A stretch of 64,000 nt of DNA from Callorhinchus milii (lineage: Eukaryota), in assembly GCF_018977255.1 (NCBI RefSeq), contig NW_024704742.1:81594001-81658000 (forward strand), written 5' to 3'. Position 1 is the stretch's first letter. The number at the start of each line of letters is the position of its first letter. The position numbers and the translations under genes are program-made. The notes beneath the pieces were generated by a model, which was not told where the DNA came from, did no database searches, and worked only from the letters and a program-made list of their open reading frames with translations. This document shows, piece by piece, positions 50,536-62,302 of this stretch.

Positions 50536-50774
50536 AGGATAAGGGCACTGGACAAACCAACTCTGTTGATGGTTGCATTAACTCTGATGGTACAAACCTG
50601 CATTCTTTGCATTTCCAGTTTCTTACCAACTTGGTTGTGTTGTGTGCATGTTGTGTGTGTAAATCCATTAACATAAATGCACTAGGGCTTATTTAATATT
50701 GAAAGTAACCTGACTCACTCTGATGACTTTGTCAAGTAATTTTCCAAAACTTTCTTCAAGGGGTTTAAAGTACA

Positions 50775-51092
50775 ATAATAATAATAATAATCCTAACATT
50801 TGGTATGGCGCCTTTAGCATTGGCAGGAAGTTTCAAAGGGCTTCACAGGATTTACTGTAAAATGGAGCGACTGTTTATTTACAGGCAAATGCGGCAGCCA
50901 GTGTGTGCACAGAAATGTCACACAAACAAACATGAAACAAATGACTAATTTTATTTAGGGGATCATTGTCCAGGACACCGGGAGAAAATCCCTTCTCTTT
51001 TTGAATAGTGCCATGGGATCTTTAATGTTCACTCGAACTGGCAGATGGGACCTCGGTTGAACATCTCATCTGAATAGCGGGATGAGACATTA
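50775..51092 (-). mobile_element. Deu-domain SINE
   Basis: Minus strand cagatgagatgttcaaccgaggtccc...ttaaagatcccatggcactattcaaaaagag...cccggtgtcctgg. Confidence 0.88.
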
Positions 51093-51257
51093 AACCTCCC
51101 TCTCCACCTTCAAAATCCATGCAATCAAAATAAACTTTTCTAAGGGTAAAGATAAGGGCATCCTTTTTATGAAAAAATAAACAAAATAAGTGACAGGAAC
51201 TATGTTGCAAATATAGAAAAATTGAAGAATATGTGACACCATCACAAAGCAAAAAGT

Positions 51258-52790
51258 TTATCTCCAATCTCCCCATCCTTTCCAAGGTTCTGGAGTGAGT
51301 CGTTGCTCCTTCCTCTCCCGTCACTCCTCTATGAATCCCTCCAATTGGGTTTCCGTGCTGCCCACAGCACAGAAATAGTCTTGGTCAAAGTGATAAATGA
51401 CATTCTGTCCATCTGTGACCAGGGCTCCTACTGTCTCCTCATCCTAATTAACCTCTCTGCTGCCTTTGACACTATTGACTACTTTATCTTCCTCCACCGC
51501 TTCTCCTCTCACTTCAACCTTCACGGTTCTGTTCCTGACTGGTTCAGATTCTATCTTTCACACCAGCTCCACTTTGTCTTTACAAATTCCTTCTTCTCCA
51601 GCTCCCGCACCGTCTTGTGTGGTGTTCGTCAGATCGCTGTCCTTGGTTATCTTCTCTTCAACATCTGTATGCTCCCTCTTGGTGACATCATCCACAGACA
51701 TGGGATCAACTTTCACATGTGTGCAGATGACACCAAACTCTATCTCTCTGCCTCCATCCTTGACTCCAGAACCACTGCTGTCCTGACAGAATGTCTCTTA
51801 GATATCAAGTTCTGGATGAGAGTCAACTATCTCCTATTGAACGTCAACAAGACCGAGGCTCTCCTGATTGGCTCGGGTCAGCGCCTCCTCACCTCAGGCA
51901 CTGACAGCATCACCATCAAAGGATGCACATTCCATCTCACTGAGCCAGTCCGGAACTTTGGCATCTTGTTTGTCCCTCAACTGTCCTTTCTATCCTACAT
52001 CTATGCCATAACCTGCTCTGCCTTCCCACACCTCCGCAACATCGCCCGGCTCCGCCATTCCCTCTCCTGACAGGCATCCAAAACCCTCATCCAAGCATTC
52101 ATCACATCTAGGCTCAACAATGCCAACTCCCTGCTTATTGGCCTTCCCAACTCTTCCCTCCAAGAGTTGCAGATCATCCAGAACTCTTTATTTCGCCCAC
52201 AAATATACGGTCAATTCACTTTACAGTATATTCTGTGAAGCGCTTTCAGACATCGAGAAGATGTGAAAAGCGCTGTATCAAATGCAAGGATTATTATTAT
52301 TGTAACTTTGTAGCTCGTGTCCTCTCCCAAGCCAGGCTCCATGACTACTAACCCCATCCTCACACAGCTCCACTGGCTCCCCATCCTCCAGAGGGTAGAG
52401 GTCAAAATTCTCATCCTCCCTTGCAAAGTCCTCCATGGCCTTGCCCCTTCCTATCCCTGCTGCCCGCTAATCCCATATCAACCAATCCTTTCCCTCCACT
52501 CAGCAGGCTCTGGTCTTCTCCACATCGCCCGCTCATCCCGCCATTGGCAGTCGGGCCTTCAATCTATCACCCCCCCACCCTTTGGAACTCCCACATTTCC
52601 TTCTTCTTGTTCCCTCCCTTGCCTCCTTCATGGTATGTCTCAAGACCCTCCTCATCAACTGCACTTTCGGTCAAATTCCTACCCCGAATCTCCCTGCCCT
52701 CCAACCTTCTGATCCCAACCCCTGCTCGGGTCCAAATCCCTGACTGTCCAGCTTCCTCCCGATGTGAAAGGCACTAAACAAATGTAATTT
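51258..52790 (+). mobile_element. L2 RT/3' fragment with SINE tail inserted at 52190-52300
   Basis: ORF 51303..52070 GFRAAHSTE...LSAAFDT...CADDT; LHWLPILQRVEVKIL. Confidence 0.93.
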
Positions 52791-52794
52791 GTTT

Positions 52795-52885
52795 CAAAAA
52801 CAGAAGTCGCTGGGAACACTCAGCAAGTCAGGCAGCATCGATGGAGAAAGGGAACTGTTTCAGGTCTATGACCCTTTGTCAGTTC
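52795..52885 (-). mobile_element. Short Penelope-derived element with decayed hammerhead
   Basis: Minus strand ctgacaa-agggtcatagacct-gaaa...gatgctgcctgacttgctgagtgttccc. Confidence 0.75.
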
Positions 52886-54024
52886 CTATGTTCCTAGTAC
52901 TGCAGGGATGAGTTGCAGAAAGTGGGGTACAGTAGCTGAAAGCTCACCCACCAAATGGTACATGAGTTTTGGTGCTCAGAGTTAGGGGCACATCGTACAT
53001 CTAAACCAAAAGAGAAGATCTGAACTTAGTTGCCAAAATGTTTCCACCGCTGGCAACTTAAAATATTCTATGATGCTGCTAGTGGTGATGCATACTTTCT
53101 GGCCCTTCCTAGGTCGAGTTGGACTGTATTATAGTCACCATATTTTATCTCCTTAATATTGACAGGTTACAAATATTGACTGACTCCTGGCAAATGGAGG
53201 TACACCTGTAGGAACATGCTCCAGACATGGATTGCATTGGAGCAGAGCTCCCATGTGTTTTCATCCTTTACTTCACTTGGATGATACTAGGGATAAAAGT
53301 TTTACCAGGAGAAATGATTAGAGAAATTGATTCTGTTTTACCTGGAATGGAGGTTGATAGGAGACTTGATAAGATTTTTTAAATTTACGTGGGGTTTTGT
53401 TTTTATACGCTGAGGTTGTTGTTAGGAGATTTCTGTGTACAGATTAGTTAGAACAAAGGTTTGGACTCAGTAGACACTCTTATCTGTCCTGGAAATGAAC
53501 TCGGGATTTGGGCCTAATGTGTCCTTCCAATCCCCAGTAATCCAATGTCAGTAGACTCTTGCTCATGGCAGCAGGGGATACTTTTTGAAGCTCCTGTTAC
53601 TGGCATGTTTGCTCTATGCCATATGCCCATTCTATCCAATATCCAAATTAAAACACATTGGGACATTTTTCCAATGTGAAAGGAGCCAAATAAATGTAAA
53701 CTGTATTGTATTGTGAAACCGTCAGTTGCAAACATTACATACGACCCTATACATTTCTACAAGAAATTTGTCTTTTTTTTCAGTTGCTGATTGACCGGCT
53801 GTGAATTGACAATGTAGGACACTGCTGTGCACACTCACAAAATACACAGTTAATCCACTTTACAATATATTCTGTGAAATACTTTCAGAGATCTCAACGA
53901 CTGATAAAGCGCTATAATCAAAATCCAAGGATGATTATTATTATTATTGTAAATTGGGGTTTCTCTTTCCGTTTTCCATGATCTGAGGTTTTCCTTCTGT
54001 TAAAATTTTCACTGGAATTATTTT

Positions 54025-54172
54025 GCTTAACAATAACAACAACTTGGATTTATATAGCGCCCTCCTCGCCGGACGGCATCTCAGAGCGCTTTACAGTGAT
54101 GGATCCCGGGACCAAGCCAGAGGGAGGGGGGGGAAGGTGACCAAAGGCACAGTCGAAAAGAAAGGTCTTCAG
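54025..54172 (-). mobile_element. L2 3' terminus
   Basis: (AAC)n tail, ggatttatatagcgcc, gtcgaaaagaaaggtcttca. Confidence 0.8.
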
Positions 54173-55551
54173 CTCCTCTTTGCTATTCTCTTACACTCTC
54201 AAAGATAAGTCACCAGGAGTTTGTGTGCAGCGGTGTGATTTCTGAAGCTCGGAAATGCATCATCCACAGTTAAGGGATGAATAATAAATGTTCAAAATCA
54301 CCGAATGCAACTGTGAGCAATTGCTGCTTTAATCTTATCTGGTGCTGACTTCAATGTAGTCATCTCAAGCAAAAGATTTTCTCTGCTGGAGGCTGTAATC
54401 CTCCCGGGAGTAGCACTAATGGAACCTGTAGCTTGTGTTCTTAAGGCACTGTCGCTTTTATAGAAAAGTATTTTTTTCATAAAAAGGGCGTGTGAGTGTT
54501 TGCGGACTGCCAATACAATTGTGAACTTGGAGTGTCCTAGGTGAAGAGTCGTAGTACTGGGCGTTGATCCTTTTCATATACAGTATAGTTTGTGACAAGC
54601 CAGTCCTCTGTAGCAGGATATATTATTCTTCCCTTTGCCCTACATTACTTGATCCTTTCAGACAGAGTAGAATTTTATTAATAAATGGATCACAACCAAA
54701 TCCCCATTGTTGCACCATGTGTGTCAGATTAAATATTAATAATAAAACACTGAACTTCCATTTACTGGGCTCTTACTGGCCTGTTTAAGGCCAGGGAGCC
54801 TGGCACTGTTAAATGAAAGAAATTTAATGTGTTGCAGTCAGACCAGAGTTTAAGTGCTTCAAAAGCCAAGCATGATTGTAGTCAGAAGGATATCCTTCAT
54901 TTGCAATGTTCTTTTCAGTCAATTCTCCCAGGTAGACGTTTGAGAGTGCAGGGTGTCAAGCTAGAATGTACATTTACTTTGTTTATGCAGAAGGATATGG
55001 CTACAGTGGAGTTTAGTGACAAAGCATCATTCCAATCACTTGTGGATTTTGACAGCCATTGCTGAGAAGAAATCTGTTCCTTTCTCTGGTCTACATTCAA
55101 ATCTAGGACGAGAAAACTGAAAGGCAGTAAATTAACTTACAGTTTTTCCTTAACCGAGTCTGCAAGTTTCGTTTGAAGATTTGGAGTAGATTTAAACTGA
55201 GAGTTTAATCTAGCTATAAAATAGTTTATCCTTAATAGTGTAATATGTTTCTCTTTTCTAAATCCCAGAATACTGACAGTGCATCTAAGATTGACCCTGT
55301 GAGATTACAGTGAATTAAAATGTAAATTTGGGCAGAATTTTGGAAAATCCTTTAATTCAGGCCTAATTTGAAAGTGGGAGCTTTTTCCAGGACTAATGAT
55401 GCCATTTCAAATAGAGCAGGGAGAGAAGACAATTGTACTAAGCTAAGAGGAAGGTAATATTTTGATCTCACTGACAGCCATTACACTATAAATTAATTTA
55501 ATAATAATACTTTCCTGAATTAAATAAGCAGGATGCGTCTAAATAATAATT

Positions 55552-55622
55552 TTGGTTTGGATATTCTTAAGCATGGTGATGGGTTTCTGCATGTGTCAGA
55601 CACTCGGCTGACCAAAAAAAAG
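55552..55622 (+). repeat. Unclassified A-tailed retroposon family, 3' terminus only
   Basis: ...gcatgtgtcagacactcggctgacc followed by an A-run. Confidence 0.75.
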
Positions 55623-56789
55623 GAAGGTCTTGGGAACCCAGTCAACAAGAATTTCTCACTAAAATGATATGATTATAACTTTTATTTTTTTCTATTGCTC
55701 GGGACAGAAAGTAAAATTGGAAAGTTCCTCCAGACATTCCATTTTTAATAGCACGTTTATTTTCATTGTGCAAGTCAGATCTTCTCCATACAATTCATCA
55801 GTTATATCATTAGGGGTTTGAAGTGACAGTGCTATAGAGAGCTAGTCTTATAGCTGCTCTGCATTGATAAAGCAAGGCTGCAGAAATATGAATAAGAAGT
55901 GAGACAGAGCTGCGAGTAACTTCGGGATGTGCTTTGTGATGTTTATAAAGCACCTGTGGTGCTACTGGTGCACAGCACTTTCAGTACAGTACGTCCATGC
56001 CCAAGGGCCAGCGTTGTAAAGGCTGTCTGTGAGATCAAAAGAGCATGACTGATAAGCAATACTGGAGAATGCTGAAAAATGCATGGCAAGTCAATAGCAT
56101 CCGAATTTTGGTTAATGGCCCATCATCAGAAGTGGCTGCTTTTCACTTCTGAAAAGCACTTCCCCCTCTCCCCCACCATAGCTCTTCTCATTCAAGTGAC
56201 CCAATTTAAGCTAAAAGCTTGCAGTTTGCACTCAGTAATCAGTGCCAGTGATTAGTACTCTGTTGTCCGCACCATCATCCACTCCACAATCAGAACATTA
56301 AAGGGCAGCAGAATCTCAGCTCCACACTTACAGTGCTCCAGAGATGATATCAGAAAATGAGTCTCTTCCCCTGCCTAAATGCTTCAGTATATCACCTTGG
56401 CTCAGTTGGGTACACTCTCACTACTGTAGGTTGACAAGTTGGCTCAAACAACTCTGGCCTCACTGTTCACGCTGTCATTGTACAGCTCACATCTCGCTCA
56501 CATCACCAAAAACCTAAGTGTTTCAGATTTTTCAAATGATGTAAAGCACAAGTGACAGTGTAAATTCAGCAAATGTGTGGGAATGAACTGGTGTAGATTC
56601 TTCCAGACAGCCATAAGTGAGTGTTGATTTCCTCAAATGCAGGACAACATGTTGCTGTGAACCTGTTACTTTGCTTTAGATGCCAAGCATGACCTGTCTT
56701 TGAAAAAGCAGGGGAAAATAGATGAGATATCACTATACTGGATTTTGGAAAGGTGTGGTGAAGGGTAAATGGATTACAGCACTATAATG

Positions 56790-57185
56790 GTTGGCTTGGC
56801 TCAGTTGGTAGTAATAATAATACTTTTTGGATTCAAGGTCCCATCTGCCTGATCAGGTACATGTTAAAAATCCTGTGACAAAGGAGCTTAGGAAAACAAG
56901 AAAAGAAAGAAGGCGTACAATCTTAGAGCCTGTTTCACCAGTTTATTAGATCTTGGCAGAGTTTTTAATCTCAATGTCCCACCATTTCACCGTATAACTT
57001 AACATCCCTTATTAATGATTATTGTCCCTTTAATAGTAATGACTATTTGATAAGACAGAAGAATTTATCCAAGTATCATGGCCAACAATTCTCCAGATAG
57101 AATCGATTATTTACTTCATGGATTTTTGTGTGGCGTGGCTGTGTGAAAATTATGTGGTGCATTTGCCTACAAATATACATATCAC
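56790..57185 (+). mobile_element. Degenerate Deu-domain SINE pieces
   Basis: ggctcagttggtag head, catctgcctgatcagg..gttaaaaatcc, ggccaacaattc. Confidence 0.55.
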
Positions 57186-57390
57186 TCTAGGGTCCTCAAG
57201 CCTTGGCTGTTGCCAGCCAGTGTCTGAAATTAGTTAAGCAGGATCCCTCCAGGGAGAGAGTACGCTTTCCATTCTAACAATCTATCTCTGGAATTTCCTA
57301 GTGTAGGTGAGACGCATGAAATTCTCAGTTTGGTTTGGATACTCTTAAGCATGGTGATAGGTTTCTGCATATATCAGACGCCCGGCTGAT
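57185..57390 (+). repeat. Unclassified A-tailed retroposon family, copy
   Basis: ccctccagggagagagtacgc...ttaagcatggtgatagg...atcagacgcccggctgat. Confidence 0.75.
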
Positions 57391-57399
57391 GAGAGAGCC

Positions 57400-59640
57400 C
57401 AGCATCGAGAGGAGGGAACTGAGTAAGCTTGAACAGAGTGAGAATTCTGTTAAGAAATTTGGTGAGTGTGGGAATTCGGCGCAGAGGGGCAAAGAGGTGC
57501 ACAATTATAAAATATATAAGTTATATCAAAATAATATAAAACATGTCTAGGGCATCTGAGACTGGTTGCATGCATAATGTGTGCCATGTGCGAACTCCAG
57601 GATGCTTTGTATCCCCTGGACAGACACGTGTGTAGGAAATGCCTCTGGCTTGTTGAGCTTGAGCTCAGTGTTAAGGTGGACAGGAAAGAAAAATTGGCAG
57701 GTAAAATAGTTAATGAGCAATGGGAAGCCTTCAAGGAGGAGATAGTTCAGGTACAGTACAAATACATTCCCACAAACCTCCCTGGTTGAATAAAGAAATT
57801 GGGATTAAAATAAAACAGAAAAAAGGAGGCTTTTGATAAATGCCAGGTCCAAAGTACAGAAGATAATCAAATAGAATGAAGAAAGTACAGAGGAGAACTG
57901 AAAAAGGAAATAAGAAGGGCAAAGAGATTGTATGAGAAAAGATTAGCGGGTAACATAAAAGGAAACCCTAAGGTATTTTATAATCAAATAAAGAATAAAA
58001 GCTTAGTTAAAGTTAGGGTAGGTCCAATTAGGGACTAAAGAGGAAATCTTCTTGTGGAAGTAGAGGGTATGACTGACATAGTGAATGAGTACTTTGCATC
58101 TGTCTTTACAAAAGAAGAGGATGCAGTCAATGCCACAGTATCGGAGGAGTGGCTAGAGAAATTGGATAAGATAAAAATAAACCAAGAGCAGATACTGAAA
58201 AGGTTGTCGGTGCTCAAGGTAGATAAGTCACCCGGTCCAGATAGGATGCATCCTAGGTTACTGAGGGAAGCAAGGGTGGAAATGACGGAAGCTCTGGCCA
58301 CAATCTTTTAATCACCCTTGGACACTGGGGTGGTGCTAGAGGACTGGAGGGTTGCAAATGTTACTCCCCTGTATAAAAAGGGGCAGAAGGATAAACACGG
58401 GGGGAACTCCAGGCCAGTCAGCCTAACGTCAGTATTGGGGAAACTTCTAGAAACTATAATGTGGGACAAAATAAATTTTCACTTAGAAAAATATGGGTTA
58501 ATAAAGAACAGATAACATCGATTTGTTAAAGGCAAATCATGTCTAACAAACCTGATAGAGTTTTTTTGATGAAGTAATGGAGAGGGTGGATGAAGATAGT
58601 GCAGTTGATGTAGTTTATATGGATTTTCAAAAGGCGTTTGATAAAGTGTCACATAAGAGACTTGTAAGCAAAATAGAAGTCCACGTATTAAAGGGACAGT
58701 GGCAGCATAGATACAGAACTGGCTGGGAGACAGAAAGCAGAGAGTGGTGGTGAACGGTTGTTTTTCTGACTCGAGGGAAGTGTGTAGTGGTGTCCCCCAG
58801 GGATCAGTATTGGGACCACTGCTGTTTTTGATCTAAATAAATGACCTGGACTTGGGTATAGGGAGTACACTTTCCAAGTTTGCAGATGATACTAAGCTGG
58901 AAAAAGTAGTAAACAGTGAGGAGCATAGTAGCAGACTGAAAACGGACACAGACAGACTGGTAAAATGGGCCGACACGTGGCAGATGAAGTTTAATGTGGA
59001 GAAATGTGAAGTGATGCATTTTGGGAGGAAGAATAAGGAGAGGCAATATAAGCCGATGGTACAATCTTAAAGGGGTGAAGGAACAGAGAGACCTGGGGGT
59101 CATATAAGTAAATCTTTGAAGGTGGCAGGACAGGTTAACGGTGTTAAAAAGCATATGGGATACTTGGCTTTATAAATAGGGCCATAGAATACAAAAGTCA
59201 GGAAGTTATGATAAATCTTTAAAAACACTGGTTAGGCCTCATTTAGAATATTGTATTCATTTCTGGGCCCCACACTTTAGGAAGGATGTCAAGGCATTGG
59301 AGAGGGTACAAAGGAAACTTACCAGGATGGTCCCAGGAATGAGGGACTTCAGTTATCAGGAGAGGCTAGAGAAGCTAGGGTTATTCTCCTTGGACCGGAG
59401 AAGGTTAAGAGGAGACTTGATAGAAGTTTTCAACATTATGACGGGATTCGATAGGGTGAACAACGAGAAATCATTTCTACTGGCGGGTGGGGCGGTAACC
59501 CAAGGACACCAATTGAAAAGGAACAGAGGTGAGGAGAATTTTTTTCACACAGTGAGTTGCTTGGATCTGGAATGCATTGTCTGAAAGGGTGGTGGATGCC
59601 AATTCAATAACAACTTTTAAGAGAGGTAGATAATTACTTT
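57400..59640 (+). mobile_element. CR1 LINE with large internal deletion (5' UTR plus ORF1 zinc finger joined to ORF2), decayed
   Basis: CIMCAMCE...VCRKC then QWEAFKEEI, YFASVFTKE, KSPGPDRMHPRLL, DFQKAFDKV, SKFADDTKL, LRGDLIEVF; multiple stops and frameshifts. Confidence 0.95.
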
Positions 59641-59849
59641 GGGGGGAAAACCACACTCAGTCAGTGTAAATATTACCTGATATGTACAGAAGAATGCTTC
59701 AATCAGCGGCTAGGAAGTTTATCTCTTTATAGTAATTCTGCTCTCACCCATTCTGTTAACTGAGCTCTGCACTCTTCACCTTCAAACTTGTTGGGGTTCC
59801 ACCAATTCCATTTAGATTCTACCCAATTGTCTCACAGCACTGCGCAGCC

Positions 59850-60690
59850 TCCAGGTTTAACATCGACAAGATAAATGTCATCGTCTTTGGCTCCCATCGA
59901 CATCTTCTATCCTGTGGTTCAGACCTCTTCAAACTACCCAATCTGTCCTTAAAACTCTCTGAACCAATGCTCAATTTAGTCGTCAAGTTCGATCCCAAGT
60001 TATCCTTCCTCCCCCACATCCGTTCCCTGGACAGGACTGCTTTCCTCCACGTCCGCCACATTGCCTGTCTCTGACAATACCTCACTCCACAAGCTTCCGA
60101 AACCCTTGTTGTTGCCTTTGTCACCTCTTGGCTGGACTACTCAAATGCCCTCCACGCCGGTCTCCTCTCCTCCACTATTCACAAAATTCAACTCATCCAA
60201 AACTCCACCAACCACATTTTCACCCGCACTAAACTCTGCACCCCGATTACCCCAGTCCTTGCCAAACTCCAATGGCTTCCTGTCACAGAACGGATTGACT
60301 TTTAGGTCCTCACTCTAATGTTTAAATCCCTCCACACCCTGGCCCCTGCTATCTCTCCAACTTCCTCTCTCCTCACAGCACTACCCACTGCCTCCACTCT
60401 ACTGGTTCCGGCCTCCTCCTTGTCACTCGAATCCTTTGCTCCACCATTGGCAGCCGTGCCATCAGCCACTATGCCCCCAAGCTATGGAACTCCCTCCTTC
60501 AATCCATTTGTCTCGCCCTCTCTTTCCCCATTTTCAGGTTGCACCTGAAGACCTTACATTTCAACCTTGTCTATGGTCACCTTTCCCCCTCTCGCTGACT
60601 CAGCATTGGGCTCCATCATTCTTAAGTACTTTGGGACACCGCCCAACATGGAGAGCGCTATATAAATGCAAGTTGTTTTTGTTGTTGTTT
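59850..60690 (+). mobile_element. L2 3' fragment (older subfamily)
   Basis: gcctttgtcacctcttggctggactac, ctccaatggcttcctgtc, gctatggaactccct, (TTG)n tail. Confidence 0.88.
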
Positions 60691-60911
60691 AAATGTTGCT
60701 GGTGTTAGATTGAATGGACTGGCACCACATGTATTTCCCCTTGGCATTTTAACCAAACAATTACTCCAATTATTGTGCAACTGTAATGTCCAATTTAATG
60801 CATTCTACACTTCACGGAGAAATTTAACAGCAGATTTACAGATACCATGTCTGAAAAAAAGACAATTTTTAGCAGCAAGTTGATGAATTCCACACCTTGG
60901 TAAGAATGTTA

Positions 60912-61222
60912 TAATAATCCTTGCATTTGATATAGCGCTTTTCACGTCGGGAGGACGTCCCAAAGCGCTTCACAGAACACACTGTAAAGTGAATTGACTG
61001 TATATTTGTGGGCGAACGCGGCAGCCAATTGCGCACAGCAATGTCCCACAAACAGTCGTAGATTGAAAAATTACCAATTTATTATTGTTTTGTTTTTTTG
61101 GAGGGATTATTATTAGGCGTGTGGAGTAAGGAAACTTGCCCAAGGTTTCGCCCTTTGCCTGGAATTGAACTCAGGTCTCTCGCTTGCAAAGCGAGTGCTC
61201 TAACCACTGAGCTACAGGACTC
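60912..61222 (-). mobile_element. Full-length young tRNA-Ala SINE
   Basis: Reverse complement of consensus, intact A/B boxes and anticodon arm. Confidence 0.95.
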
Positions 61223-61309
61223 CACATAACACTAAGTGGAATTTCATTCTTTTCCATCCCCCCACCTTCTAATTGACAGTAAATTACATAGTTTACATTT
61301 CATATAAGT

Positions 61310-61622
61310 TAAGTGTTTGAATAGATGACTGAGGTGTCAAATAAAGGAGGTTCAATGTCAGTTATATGGATTTTCCTGAAGGCATTTGATAAGGTGCCAA
61401 CTAAGAGGTGACCAGCTAAAATTAAGAAGCATGAATGGAATCTATTTGTATGAATAGGAAATTAGTTAGAGGCAATACGTTTGGAAAGAAGGAGCATTGC
61501 TCTATGATTGACAGGCACTGACAAGTGATTTGGGACGTCCTCCCGACGTGAAAGGTGATCTATAAATGTAATTTTGTTGTTGTTGTTGTGGTGTCCCTCA
61601 GCAATCCATGCTGGAGCCTCAT
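61310..61622 (+). mobile_element. Degenerate CR1 RT fragment with a short L2 tail inserted at 61530-61590
   Basis: atggattttcctgaaggcatttgataaggtgcca (D..KAFDKVP) and ggtgtccctcag. Confidence 0.75.
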
Positions 61623-62039
61623 CTATGAGTTGAAAAATACAGAATGTGTAATGTAATCATTATCCTGGAGTGTAATAATAATAATCCTTGCATTTGATAT
61701 AGTGCCTTATCACGTCTTTGAGATGTCTGAAAGCACTTTACAGAATATATTGAGGTGGTTAGTGCGCTGATCTCGCTTCGCAAATGAGAGGATCTGAGTT
61801 CAATTCCCAGGTGGGAGAAACCTTAGGCAAGTGTCCGAGTGATAGCTGTTGTATGAGACATTATTTTCTGCACTGATCGAGCCAACCAGCCTACGCTTTG
61901 GATCCTGTCTTCTGTGAAAGCTGGGTCTCCATCATAGCCAAGCAGATGGATTTTGTGAGCAGGTCATCCTGTGGCCTTTATCTCAGACAGATATAGGACT
62001 TGCAAAAACCAATCCCCATCTCCCTTCACAGAGCAAAGA

Positions 62040-62302
62040 CCAGCCTGCTTCATGCCCATTGCCTGCTCAGCTCCACTCCGCTCAACCCCACTCTCAGAAG
62101 AAGAGCTTTCATCCACTCCTTCCCTGCTCTCTGGAACTCCATCCCAGAGACCCTATGCTTTGCCACCTCCCTCCTTGCCTTAAAACCCATCTATTCAACT
62201 GTGCTTTCCCTTCCCCTAATTCAGGCTCCATTCAGCTATGTAAAGCATTTTGAGATGTCCTTCTGACATGAAAGGTGCAGTATAAATGTATAAATTTGTG
62301 TT
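62040..62302 (+). mobile_element. L2 3' fragment
   Basis: RAFIHSFPALWNSIP; ctgacatgaaaggtgcagtataaat terminus. Confidence 0.8.

Noticed and set aside
54991..55065. Terminal coding exon KDMATVEFSDKASFQSLVDFDSHC*
   Set aside because: Plausible acceptor, but phase-incompatible with the other candidates and no recognisable homology.
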